DNA of 64,000 nucleotides from Octopus sinensis (taxonomy: Eukaryota): positions 69,316,001-69,380,000 of the forward strand of contig NC_043003.1 in assembly GCF_006345805.1 (NCBI RefSeq), given 5' to 3'. The notes beneath the pieces were generated by a model, which saw only the letters and a list, made by a program, of their open reading frames with translations, did no database searches and had not been told where the DNA came from. The position numbers and the translations under genes were made by a program. Positions 52,903 to 64,000 of this stretch are shown here, piece by piece (within the stretch, counting starts at the first letter, position 1; each line of letters starts with the position of its first letter).

Positions 52903-53852
52903 ATATTATTGTTAATATCAGGAAATCAATATTAGAAAATTCTTCAGAAAGATATATACGTGTGCAAAATAATTGTTGTATTAAAAATATAAATATATAT
53001 AAATATATGTAAATATGTATAAGTATAAATATATAATAATGACATTTTAAGAGTTTCGAATTAAGGTTTCAAAGCATCTTACATTCGTTTCAGAGAAGTG
53101 GAATCCTATATTGATAAGCATTTATAGACAACTTTTCTGCTCTTCAGAGATACAAAATGTGAAATTTGTATAATTTATCGAATGGTAGTTTTTTAAAAAT
53201 ATGAAGTAATATAGGAAAATTGTATTTGTTTGAAATATAAGTTAAAAAAAATTTCTGCTTTTGATTTTGGTAAGTACACCTTAGTATGAGAGTCTTTAAA
53301 TCTATATATGTTTCCTTGGTAAGTCTTCTGTAATAATCCATAATAGTTATGTGTAAAATCCATTATATTGTCTTGGATTCCAAATATAGTTCATAGACTT
53401 AGATAATATTGAATAATGGAATCCTATATTCATAAGCATTTATAGATAACTCTTCTACTCCTCAGAAATATCAAATGTGAAATTTGTATAATTTAACGAA
53501 TGGTAGTTTTTTTTTAAATTATGAAGTAATTATGGGAAAATGGTGTTTGTTTGAAATATAAATTAAAAATTAAGAATTACTGCTTTTGATTTTGGTAAGT
53601 ACACTTTAGTATAATAATCTTGAAATTCTTGAAAGTGTTGTCTATAAATGCTTATTAATATAGGATTCCATTATAAGGACAGCACTTCTGCGAAACGATC
53701 ATAAAATGCTTTAAAAACTTAATTCGAAACTTTTAAAATGTCATTATTATATATTTATACTTATTTGCATATATTTATATATATTTACATTTTTAATAGA
53801 GCAATTATTTTACACAGGAATTTTCTAATATTGATTTCCTGATATTAATAAT

Positions 53853-53858
<6 letters not shown>
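52903..53858. repeat. Large AT-rich inverted repeat (~230-bp arms) enclosing a ~200-bp direct repeat
   Basis: 52903-53135 is an imperfect reverse complement of 53635-53858; 53100-53300 is repeated at 53418-53620. Confidence 0.8.
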
Positions 53859-53895
<37 letters not shown>

Positions 53896-54066
53896 CATAC
53901 ACACACATACATATATTTATTTACACACACATACATATATCCTATGCCAGCATTGAAAACGGACATTAAACAATGATGATGATGGTGATGATGATATATG
54001 TATGCTTATATTTTGTTAATTCTGTAATTAAAACTGTTTAATTCTGTTTTCCATGTAATTTTTCAG

Positions 54067-54109
54067 AGAGAACTTCCCATACTTTAAGAATGCACCAGGT
54101 GGATGGAAG
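54067..54109 (+). CDS. FoxN1/4: FoxN1/4 43-nt forkhead exon (T-ENFPYFKNAPGGWK)
   Basis: TTTCAG acceptor ending 54066 and AAG|GTAAAT donor. Completes the phase-2 Thr codon and gives the conserved FPYFK.AP.GWK motif. Confidence 0.93.
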
Positions 54110-54821
54110 GTAAATTAAAATTCTTCAATTAATTTTCTCATAATATCTGACCAAACCCGTTCAGTTACTCTTCTTTTGATGTCCAAGCACATTAGACACA
54201 TCTCAAATTCACCAGTACACGTCTTTTTTTTTTAAATAAGTTTTTAGCCCATTAAAGCATGCAATACAAACACAACTTCCCATTTAGAATTCAAAGTGAT
54301 TTACTAAGACAATTTTTGGGAAAGGAACTGTTTCTTCTATTTGATAGACACTTTGATCGCTTCATTCCATGGGATATATTACGGCCTCTTCTCTAATTAG
54401 TCCAAAAATTTTAATTGGGCTGAAGTTTTGGTACAAGGTCAGTAGTTTTGGGGTAGAAGATAAGTCAATTACATTGACCACCAGGACACAACTGGTACTT
54501 ATTTTATTGACCCCCTAAGAGGAGTCAGTCTTGGCAGAATTTGAACTGAGAACATAAAGATGAATGAAATGCCATGAAGCATTTTGCCTGGCATGCTAAT
54601 GGTTCAGCCAGTTTGCTGCCTTTGTCCAAATATCTATATTAACCCTAAGTTTCTTCCTCTATAAATAAATGTCTTTGGGCTCTAAATTCTTTCTTTAGGA
54701 TCATTTCTAAGCCCTGTAAAGTAGATGAGAAATAGATCTCTATCTGGTTAGATTGCATCTTGTAAGGGCATGACAAGTTTTGGTTTAGCTATTTTGGCAC
54801 CACTGATATTCAATGCTGGTG

Positions 54822-55140
54822 AGGGCGCGTGGCTTAGTGGTTAGGGCATTCGGCTCATGATCGTAAGGTTGTGAGTTCGATTCCCGGCGACGCGTTGTGT
54901 CCTTGAGCAAGACACTTTATTTCACGTTGCTCCAGTCCACTCAGCTGGCAAAAATGAGTTGTACTTGTATTTCAAAGGGTCAGCCTTGTCACTCTCTGTG
55001 TCACGCTGATTATCCCCGAGAACTACGTTAAGGGTACACGTGTCTGTGGAGTGCTCAGCCATTTGCACGTTAATTTCACGAGCAAGCTGTTCCGTTGATC
55101 GTATCAGCTGGGACCCTCGTCATCGTAACCGGCGGAGTCT
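54822..55140 (+). mobile_element. tRNA-derived SINE with CORE/Meta-like body and shared 3' tail
   Basis: TGGCTTAGTGGTTAGGG...GAGTTCGATTCCC head, GTGTCCTTGAGCAAGACACTTTA body, tail matching 38050-38230. Confidence 0.75.
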
Positions 55141-55982
55141 TTATTCAATGCTGACTTATTTGACATCAAACATTTTAAAGTTTCTCTCATTCCCTCTCCC
55201 ACCTCTCTCTATCTCTATCTCTTTTTCTCTATGTGTGTGAGCATATTTCTTTTTATGCAAATGAGGAGAGGGAAACTGTTCATATCAACCAGGTTCAATT
55301 AATGACTATCTGTAATGTCTCTCTTTCTCCATCTGTCTCCCTTGCTCGTTCTGTCTGTATCTATACATTTCTTTATACATGTGTGTGTATGTGTGTGTTT
55401 CACCAGTGCCAAAAAGTACTGTCACCAAAACATTTTCACCATCCAGTCAGTAATACCAAATCCCCAGTGTCCAACCAGGTGCACCCAATTACCTCATTCC
55501 AACCATATAAGGCAGTTAATCGACAAAATCATTAGGGGATCAGACAGAATACCTTGTGGTATTTTTCCAAGCTCTCCATGTTCTGAGTTCAAGTCCAACC
55601 AATGTAGACTTTGTCTTTCACTCTCTCAGAGCTGACAAAGTATGATGCCACAGTAGGTAGTTTTGTGTCTACTTTTTTTCTTTAACCCTAAGCCAATTAC
55701 TGTTTGACAATGACAGGCAATGAAAGGAATATTATAAGAGGGATCTCTCATGTCTGTTCACAGTGTCTGCCTTTTTGGTCTCTGTTGTTGAAGGGGAGAC
55801 AACCACTCTGCAATGCATGCAGCCAACAGCCTGGTTAGGAAATGCTGTGAACTGACTCGGTATGTTCACTCCCATCTCTCTACAGTGAGAAATTTTCTCC
55901 ATGATAAGATACAGTAAATACTTTTCTTAGGGGCTTGAATATGCCTCCAGCATATTTGAAATGGTAACAAGTTTGTATGAGG

Positions 55983-56162
55983 ATACATTATTTATATTGG
56001 ATGGATATGTGTCATCTTGTTTGTTGTTACCACGTTTCGGCTGATTTACTCTCCAGCCTTCATCAGGTACCCTGGCAGAATTTTAAACCCAACCCTGGGT
56101 TCTCATTCCTAAGGTATTTTTTTGCTGCTGCTGCTATTACTATTATTATTATTACGATTATT

Positions 56163-56211
<49 letters not shown>

Positions 56212-56867
56212 TCATCATCATCATCACATCATCATCATCACATCATCATCATCACATCATCATCATCATCATCATCATCATCAGTCCGCTTTCCATGCTA
56301 GCATGGGTTGGACGGTTCAACTGGGGTCTGGGGAGCCCGAAAGCTGCACCAGTCCAGTCAGATCTGGCAGTGTTTCTACAGCTGGATGCCCTTCCTAACG
56401 CCAACCACTCCGAGAGTGTAGTGGGTGATTTTATGTGCCACCGACACAGGTGCCAGACGAGGCTGGCAAACGGCCACGCTCGGATGGTGTTTTTTATGTG
56501 CCACCGACACAGGTGCCAGACGAGGCTGGCAGACGGCCACGCTCGGATGGTGTTTTTTATGTGCCACCGACACAGGTGCCAGATGAGGCTGGCAAACGGC
56601 CACGATCGGATGGTGCTTGTTACGTGCCCACAGCACGGAGGCAAGTCGATGCGGTACTGGCTACGGCCACGTTCGGATGGTTTTGTTGTGTGCCACGTGC
56701 CACCGGCACTGGTACCACAAGATATTTATTATTAATATTTATTCAAGGCACTTGCCTGAAATTGAACTCACAATCTTGGGGTTATGGTAACAACAAACAA
56801 GATGAGCACACATATCCATCCAATGTAAACAATGTACAGAATACCTCATCTGTGAAATATAGAACAG
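55983..56867 (-). mobile_element. Older tRNA-head/hammerhead retroelement with a nested SINE in its microsatellite
   Basis: Degenerate hammerhead at about 56030-56070, partial head at about 56740-56785, inverted tail 56788-56867. TSD TTTGTATGAGG at 55972-55982 and 56870-56880. Confidence 0.72.
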
Positions 56868-57191
56868 TATTTGTATGAGGTGGGGTGCTGAAAAGTTCCT
56901 GCCTTTAGGTGTATCATGAAAGGCCTGGGTGGAGGCCCAACCTTCTGAGTTCTTTTACAGGGCTTAGAAAAACCTAAAGACTGCTAAAGAACTGTCACAG
57001 TGTGTGAATCTGAGGGTGGAATATGTTAAATGAAATCATAATTAACTGATCCTCCTGTATTTTCTTTTACTCAAAACCAGGAACTTATCGTGTATTTATG
57101 TAAATCCCTGCTTAGCTCTGTCCCCCACCTTTTTTATAGTTTGTACAGTGATGACAGGTATTTTAATATAATTTGTATATTTTAATTTCAG

Positions 57192-57381
57192 AATTCTGTT
57201 AGACATAATCTGTCTTTGAATAAATGCTTTGAAAAAGTTGAAAACCCGAAATTCAGTGGATCTTCTCGTAAAGGTTGTCTCTGGGCACTTAATCCAGCCA
57301 AAATATCCAAAATGGAAGAAGAAATTGCTAAATGGGAGAAGAAAGATCCTCAAGGAATCCGAAACAGCATGGCAAATCCAG
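57192..57381 (+). CDS. FoxN1/4: FoxN1/4 forkhead helix 3/wing exon ([20 protein letters not shown]...[23 protein letters not shown]...SMANP)
   Basis: TTTCAG acceptor, phase 0; CAG|GTAATG donor, phase 1. RKGCLWALN and SMANP motifs are typical of FoxN1/N4. Confidence 0.96.
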
Positions 57382-57734
57382 GTAATGTCTTGTGTTGGAT
57401 TCTTTGGTTTTTTTTTCTCTTACCTCTTTCAATCGTTAGACTGCGACCATGCTGGAGCACCACATCGAAGAATATTTTAGCCAAATGAATTTGTTTCTGT
57501 CTACCGAATCCACTCACAAGGCTTTGGTCAGCTCAAGGCTATATAGTAGAAGACACTTGCTCAAGGTGCCACACAGTGGGAATGAACCCAGAGCCATGTG
57601 GTTGGTAAGCAAGCTACTTACCACACAGCCACTCCTGCCAATTATTATGTAAAACATTAAAAATAAAATTTGATTTTGTTGAATGTCTTTGTATCTTTCT
57701 TTCCATATCCATTTTTTTTGTTTGTTTTTTTCAG

Positions 57735-58027
57735 AACGTTTGGAATTGATTATCCAGGGACGAGTAGACTCACCTCAGATGCAAATTTCACCTAATCTAC
57801 CCAACATCATCAATATCCGACAGACAGCAAACGTGCACCCAGAGCAACCCAGTATATTATCAGGAGGCCCTAATCAGTATCATATCCAGTCCCCTTTTCT
57901 ACCAGACAGTCCGACCCCACAACATGTCGAGATTCTAGAACAAAACAATAGCAGCTTATTAAAGGAAGTCAGTGCTGTGGACACAACTCTTTCTTTAGAC
58001 CCAACAATGTCAGAAATGACCCTAAAG
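57735..58027 (+). CDS. FoxN1/4: FoxN1/4 post-forkhead exon (ERLELIIQGRVDSPQ...SEMTLK)
   Basis: Polypyrimidine tract plus TCAG acceptor, phase compatible (G|AA gives Glu, SMANPE); AAG|GTAACC donor. Confidence 0.85.
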
Positions 58028-58910
58028 GTAACCCCTCCACCACACACACACACACACATCTAGAGTGCTTTTAAAACCTTAATGTCCTTTGTACCCTGTG
58101 TAAATCACTGTGAAACAGTTTTACTTTCAATCCATCAAGCAGAATTGAAGTGCCAACACACGAAACTCTTGGCCCTTGGGTTTCTAATATTGGCACAAGG
58201 CCAGCAATTTTTGTGGTTGAAGTCAATTTTATTGACCTCAGTACACAACTGGTACTTATTTTATTGACCCCAAATTGATGAAAGGCAAAGTTGACCTTAG
58301 CAGAATTTGAACTCAGAACATTTTCTCCAGCATGAGAACAATTCTGCCAAGTTGGCTGCCTTTTATGGTATCAAATTCTTGCACAAGGCCAGCAACTTTT
58401 GAGGTGCATATTTTATCGACCCCGAAAGGATGAAAGGCAAAGTCGACCTTGGCAGAATTTGAACTCAGAACGTAAAGAGACGGAAGAGATGTTGCTAAGC
58501 ATTTCACCCACCATGTTAATGATGATTCTGTTGGCTTTCTGCCTGCAACCAATTAACAATCCCTAATACTATAGGTACAAGGCCTGAAATTTTCAGTGAA
58601 GAGCTATGCCAACCACATTGACCCCACTGCTCAACTGGGACTATTTTTTTTTACCCTAAAAGGATAAATGGTAAAGCCAACCTCAGAAGAATTTGAACTC
58701 AGAACATAAAAACAGACAAAATACCACTAAGCATTCTGCCAGCTCACCACCATCAACTAATTAATTACTACTAATTAACCATTAAAAAATCATCAATTAA
58801 GTTTATCATAAAAAAATCTGTTTTCTTGTTTGTATCCCTAAACCTATGAAGTTCAACTCATAATATTTGTTGTTGTTTTTTAAATTTCCTTCTCTACTTT
58901 CTTATTTCAG

Positions 58911-59103
58911 AACCTGTTGGATCCCACAATCTGTCTCCAAGATAATTTCCCCTTCCAGAACAGTTTATGGGATGAAGACATGGATGTTGAATTGAGTTTA
59001 GATATGCCTGTGGCCATATCTGCAACCAATTCTGGTGTGCAAACTCTAGGGGCCTCACTAACTTCAGCAGCACCTCATATCAATTTATATTCCCCTCTGG
59101 CAG
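58911..59103 (+). CDS. FoxN1/4: FoxN1/4 exon with acidic/hydrophobic putative activation segment (NLLDPTICLQD...SLWDEDMDVELSLD...)
   Basis: Long pyrimidine tract plus TTTCAG acceptor, open in phase 0; CAG|GTTAGA donor. LWD acidic motif resembles the FoxN1/4 C-terminal region. Confidence 0.8.
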
Positions 59104-59559
59104 GTTAGAGATTCTTTTATTCTTCTACTTGTTTCGGTCATTTGACTGCAGCCATGCTGGAGCACCGCCTTTAGTTGAGCAAATCAACCCAGAGCTTATA
59201 CTTTGTAAGCCTAGTACTTATTCTATCAGTCTCTTTTGCTGAACCGCTAAGTTACGGGGACATAAACACACCAGCATCGATTGTCAAGCGATGTTGGGTA
59301 GACAAACACAGACACACAAACATATACACACACACATACACTCACACACACACACACATATATATATATATCATCATCGTTTAATGTCCGTTTTCCATGC
59401 TAGCATAGGTTGGATGGTTCGACTGGGGTCTGGGAAGCCAGGTGGCTGCACCAGGCTCCAGTTTGATATGGCAGTGTTTCTACAGCTGGATGCCCTTCCT
59501 AATGCCAACCACTCCAAGAGTGTAGTAGGTGCTTTTTAAGTGCCACTGGCACGGGTATC

Positions 59560-59834
59560 ACAACTACAATTTTCATTTGATTTTCATTTTGATGTTGATG
59601 TACTTGGCTCAATAGGTTTCAGCAGGTCACCCTACGTTCCAAGGTACTTTTGAATGGGCTGGGGCTGGTTATGCGAAACTGGTGTAGGATACAGCTGTGA
59701 ATTCACTTTATTTGCCGTGTCTTCGCAGTCACAGTATATCTCCAGAAGTCTCGGTCTTTCGTCATTGCCTCTATGAGACACAACATTTGAAGGTCATGCT
59801 TCACCACCTCATCCCATGTCTTCTTGGGTCTACC
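59560..59834 (-). pseudogene. RTE-like LINE 3' end
   Basis: Minus-strand GRPKKTWDEVVKHDLQMLCL...KDRDFWR followed by stop and UTR. Confidence 0.7.
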
Positions 59835-60113
59835 ATATATATATATATATATGACTGGCTCTCATGCCAGTGGCACGTAAAACGCACCAACCAAATATGG
59901 CCAATGCCAGTACCCATTAACTGCTCATTTTGTGTGTGTGTGTGTGTGAATATACACATGTTGATATTTTAAAGGTCTATTCATCACCATTTGACTAAAA
60001 CAGTAAATAATTTTGACATTCCATCATGACATTACGACTGGTTGCATGAACAGTCGATAAATTAATAAATAGCTTCTAATTTTTCTTTTTCTTTTTTCTT
60101 TCTAATATTTCAG

Positions 60114-60223
60114 GAATCAGAAATGAGTCTTTAGCAGTCACAGGATTTGGTCACACAGCTTACAACCAACTAGACGTCAGTGGTTCAATTTATGGCCAGA
60201 ATACTCTCTCTGTGTCAACGTAA
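60114..60223 (+). CDS. FoxN1/4: FoxN1/4 probable terminal coding exon (GIRNESLAVTGFG...LSVST*)
   Basis: Strong pyrimidine tract plus TTTCAG acceptor ending 60113; phase-1 compatible; TAA at 60221-60223. Confidence 0.72.
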
Positions 60224-60454
60224 TCATTGTGTCAATTGAAGATGTTTGTTGATGCCAAAATATTTTGATTCTCTCCACAACTTCTATATTACTACAACTG
60301 ATCTTTATACAATGGCTGGCTACTGGCAGTTATTTTCACAGTCACTCCATCATGTGGATATATAACAAGAAATACAAACTTTACAAGATATTCTGTGAAA
60401 TGTATTCACTCTTTTAATTCCCCCAGCCAGCAACAGTGACTGCAGAGTCATTAA

Positions 60455-60661
60455 CCCTTTGACCATATCTGGCCTAAGTATCCCAGCTCTTTTATGTTCA
60501 AACTGGATAGAACTGGCTCCCCGCATTGCCCTACAGTATCATTCTAAAGACAAACAATCACTCTAAAGAAATCTCAAGGCTACAAGATAATCCAGGATTA
60601 ATTCAAAACAATATGAATAAATAAGGATTACATTTGACAGAGTAATCTAAATGCTAAAGGG
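60455..60661. mobile_element. piggyBac-like MITE in the presumed FoxN 3' UTR region
   Basis: TTAA-CCCTTT...AAAGGG-TTAA termini. Confidence 0.65.
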
Positions 60662-62075
60662 TTAAAACAATTTTATATTTTAGTGACAGGCATGGATGGA
60701 TGGCTGAGAAGTTTACTTCCCAACATCTAGTTCCATAGTTCCACCTTCAGGTCCTTTGCATGGCATATTGGACAACGGTCATCAGCTTCAGTCCTGGGCC
60801 AACCAATTCAATGCCAGTGAAACTAGCAGATGGAAACTGTGTAGAGGTTCATCATGTGTGTGTGTGTGTGTGTGAAAATGTTGGTTTCAAATTTTGGCAC
60901 AAGGCCAGGAATTTTGGGGACGGGGAGGATCCTAGTCTATTATATCAACCCCAGTATTCTACTGGTACTTAATTTATCAACTCCCTGAGAGGGATGAAAG
61001 GTGAAGTTGACCTCAGCGGAAGTTGAACCCATGTGTGTGTATAAATGTTATTCTTTAACAAGAATGGTATTGAGTGACTTCAGACAGTCCGATGATAGCA
61101 TAGCCAGCCAAAACTTCAAAGTCACTGTCAAAAATATTCTCTATAAAAAGTATGGAATACTCCTTCAGTTTAATGTAAATTTGTTTTTAGCATAAAAACG
61201 AATACAAATTATATGTATGTGCATGTGTGTATAAATATGCATGCGTGTATATACATATATATATGCATGTATATACATACATATATGCATGTATATACAT
61301 ACATATATGCATGTATATATATATATATATATACATATATATACATATATATATATGCATGTGCATATATACATATATATGCATGTATATACATATATAT
61401 ATATGCATGTATATACATATGTATATATGCATGTGTGTATATACACAGTGTTTCTGTGAATGTTCACATTCTGTGACGTTTTCATGCAAAATCCCAACAG
61501 CAAAGGCAGTGACATTATGTTGACAATTCCCTGTCAACAAATCACTCTGTAGCTCCAGTCGTTTAAAGACTGGAAGAATAAAAATCCCTTGTAAAACAAG
61601 TAAAGGTTAGCGACAGGAAGAGCATCTGGTTGTAAAAACAATGCTTTAGCAATAAGACTTCATGTTGCCTATACCAAATGAATGTGTGTTTGTGTTTGTT
61701 TAATGTGCAAGGAGTTAAAAATTTCTGATTTGGTGCCAAGGCACACATTTAACTTACCAAAGGTAGGTTGTCCTTCACGAGTCTTCTCTACTGGAAACAA
61801 ATCCTGCGGAAGTAATCTTTTATATTGATTGTTGGAACCTCATATGTTGAGACCAACGAGAGAATCCACAAAGTTATGTATGTATATTGTTATGGTCAGA
61901 CAGTGAGAAAACCTAGTCAACAATATGTCAAAGCACATTTGTATCTCTCTCACTTTCCCTCTCTGTCTATATAATTCTTAAACAAGAATAATAACTGCCA
62001 ATAATTTTCTCATTTAAGAATAATAGATTTGTACTCCACAAAGTATAGAGCAATCCATCAGATTAATGTAGAATT

Positions 62076-62230
62076 CAGTTCTATATTTAAGAGACGAGGA
62101 ATTATGTACATTATTTACTTTATTTATATATAACGGATATTTGTCATCATCTTGCCCACAGGCATAAGGCATAGTGGTTAAGAGCGCAGGCTACTAACCC
62201 CAAGATTCCGAGTTCGATTCCAGGCAATGA

Positions 62231-62295
<65 letters not shown>

Positions 62296-62432
62296 TTGAA
62301 AAATACCTTAGGAATGAGAACCCAGGTTCAAAATTTTCCCCAAGACACCTGATGAAGGTTGGAGGGTATATCAGCCGAAACGTGTTAACAACAAACAAGA
62401 TGAGGACAAATATCCGTCAAATGTAGATAATG
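62076..62432 (+). mobile_element. tRNA-head/hammerhead retroelement
   Basis: Inverted tail 62076-62154, then head, (AAT)n and hammerhead 62344-62386 (3-nt deletion at the cleavage site). TSD TAATGTAGAATT at 62064-62075 and 62433-62444. Confidence 0.85.
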
Positions 62433-64000
62433 TAATGTAGAATTGTTTCTATTATAACTGAACATTAAGTTTAGTTTAATCCTCAGTCAAGCTCTAATTG
62501 CTAAAACTGAGGGAGAGAGAGAGGAGAAAGAAAGAGAGAAGAAATATTTTCTTTTATGATTTGCTTTGCTATCAGTCTTTATTCTCATGGCATCTACTTT
62601 TATCTAAGATATCAGTCATGTAATGATCTCGTTTGTGGCCACAAATTCATGAAGAAGGGGACACGGTGTATTAAACAAACTCATCCCACTGTTGGTACTC
62701 ATTTCATTGATGCAGAGCACTATGCCACTTGGTAAGATCTTGCTCAAGATCACTCGCTGTGGTGTAGTGCTATACTCCAGAGCAGTGCTTCTCAAACTAT
62801 CTGACGTGGCATAACCGGCAGTTTTTTTTTTTTTCAATGTGCCAGGGACCGATAATATTTCTTAGTAATATTAATTTCTGATGACAGTACCGCCTGATTG
62901 GCACTCATGTGCCAGTGGAACGTTAAAAGCACATTCAAGCGTGATCATTGCTAGGGCCATGGATTGGCTCCTGTGCTTGGTGATACGTGAAAAGCACCAT
63001 TCGAGCGTAATCGTTGCCAGTGTCGTCTTACCAGCATATGTGCCGGTGACATGTGAAAAACAACATTCGAGCATGGTCATTGCCAGTGCCGCCTGACTGA
63101 CTCCCGTGCAAGTAGCACATAAAAAACACATTTTGAGCGTGGTTGTTGCCAGAACTGCCTGACTGGCCCTCGTGCTGGTGGCACGTAAAAGCACCCACTA
63201 CACTCTCTGAGTGGTTGGCATTAGGAAAGGCATCCAGCTGTAGAAATAAACTTTGCCAGATCAGATTGAACCTGGTGCAGCCTTCTAGCTCACCAGTCCT
63301 CAGTCAAACCATCCAACCCATGCCAGCATGGAAAGCAGATGTTAAACGATGATGATGATGAATATAATAAAAGTTAACTTTTTTTTTTTATCTTATATTT
63401 ATCTTGTAAACAAATAATACAATATTACATAAGCATTTTATAATGTTTCTTTTCTGAAAACTCGCCACGTACTGAGAGCTGATGACTCGTGGACCAGCAC
63501 CGCTCAACAGACCACTGCTCTAGAGTACTTAGAGTCATAAATGTTCAGAGAAGCTAAAGAGAGGAAGGCTGCATGCAAAGACAGAGTCCCACCTGGTTTT
63601 GATTCTGTTATTACATGACGGACCCCACAACTGGAACTGTGGGTTTTGTGTCGATTTGGACTAATTGGCCACCTCAGGATACACAAAGATTAAAGCTGCT
63701 AATCTAGTCATCTTCACAAAGGATGAACATCATTTCACTGAGCCCCAACCCCTAAAAGGGACATCCCCCTATTTAATATCACTGCCTGGCCCTTTAGGTT
63801 GCCTTTAGCAGAATCTACTCTATTGCTAGATTTCAAGACAGATCTCTGGTTTCAGAAACCCTGAAAAAAAAATTGGTAGGTGATGCCCTTACACTTAAGA
63901 AAAATTTAAATAAAACACTGAGGGTGGAATGAAATAGAATCCTTATCACAGCAGAGTTTTTTTTTTTTTTTTTTTGGGTAAGCAAAAACAGCATTTCATC

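Noticed and set aside
55977-56878. 252-aa and 147-aa ORFs with Cys/His-rich 21-aa repeats
   Set aside because: They arise from the 63-bp tandem units of a SINE nested in another repeat; not a zinc-finger gene.

Overview
Eukaryotic, AT-rich, microsatellite- and transposon-dense DNA; the SINE content suggests a coleoid cephalopod, probably Octopus (inference). One protein-coding gene spans almost the whole window on the + strand: a FoxN1/4-type forkhead transcription factor. It has six coding exons (276-2950, 54067-54109, 57192-57381, 57735-58027, 58911-59103, 60114-60223). These splice in frame to about 1167 aa with a very long low-complexity N-terminus, and a 51-kb intron splits the forkhead domain. 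That intron holds an intact antisense tRNA-Arg(TCG), a young 5'-truncated Tx1/L1-type LINE, Dong/R4-, CRE- and RTE-type remnants, mariner remnants, MITEs, Helitron-type elements and many tRNA-derived SINEs. The most striking observation is a small retroelement family that joins a tRNA-derived Pol III head, an (AAT)n tract and a minimal Penelope-type hammerhead ribozyme. All four ribozyme-bearing insertions show the same inverted-terminus layout and 11-12 bp target-site duplications. Family names come from motif recognition only; no database search was run.
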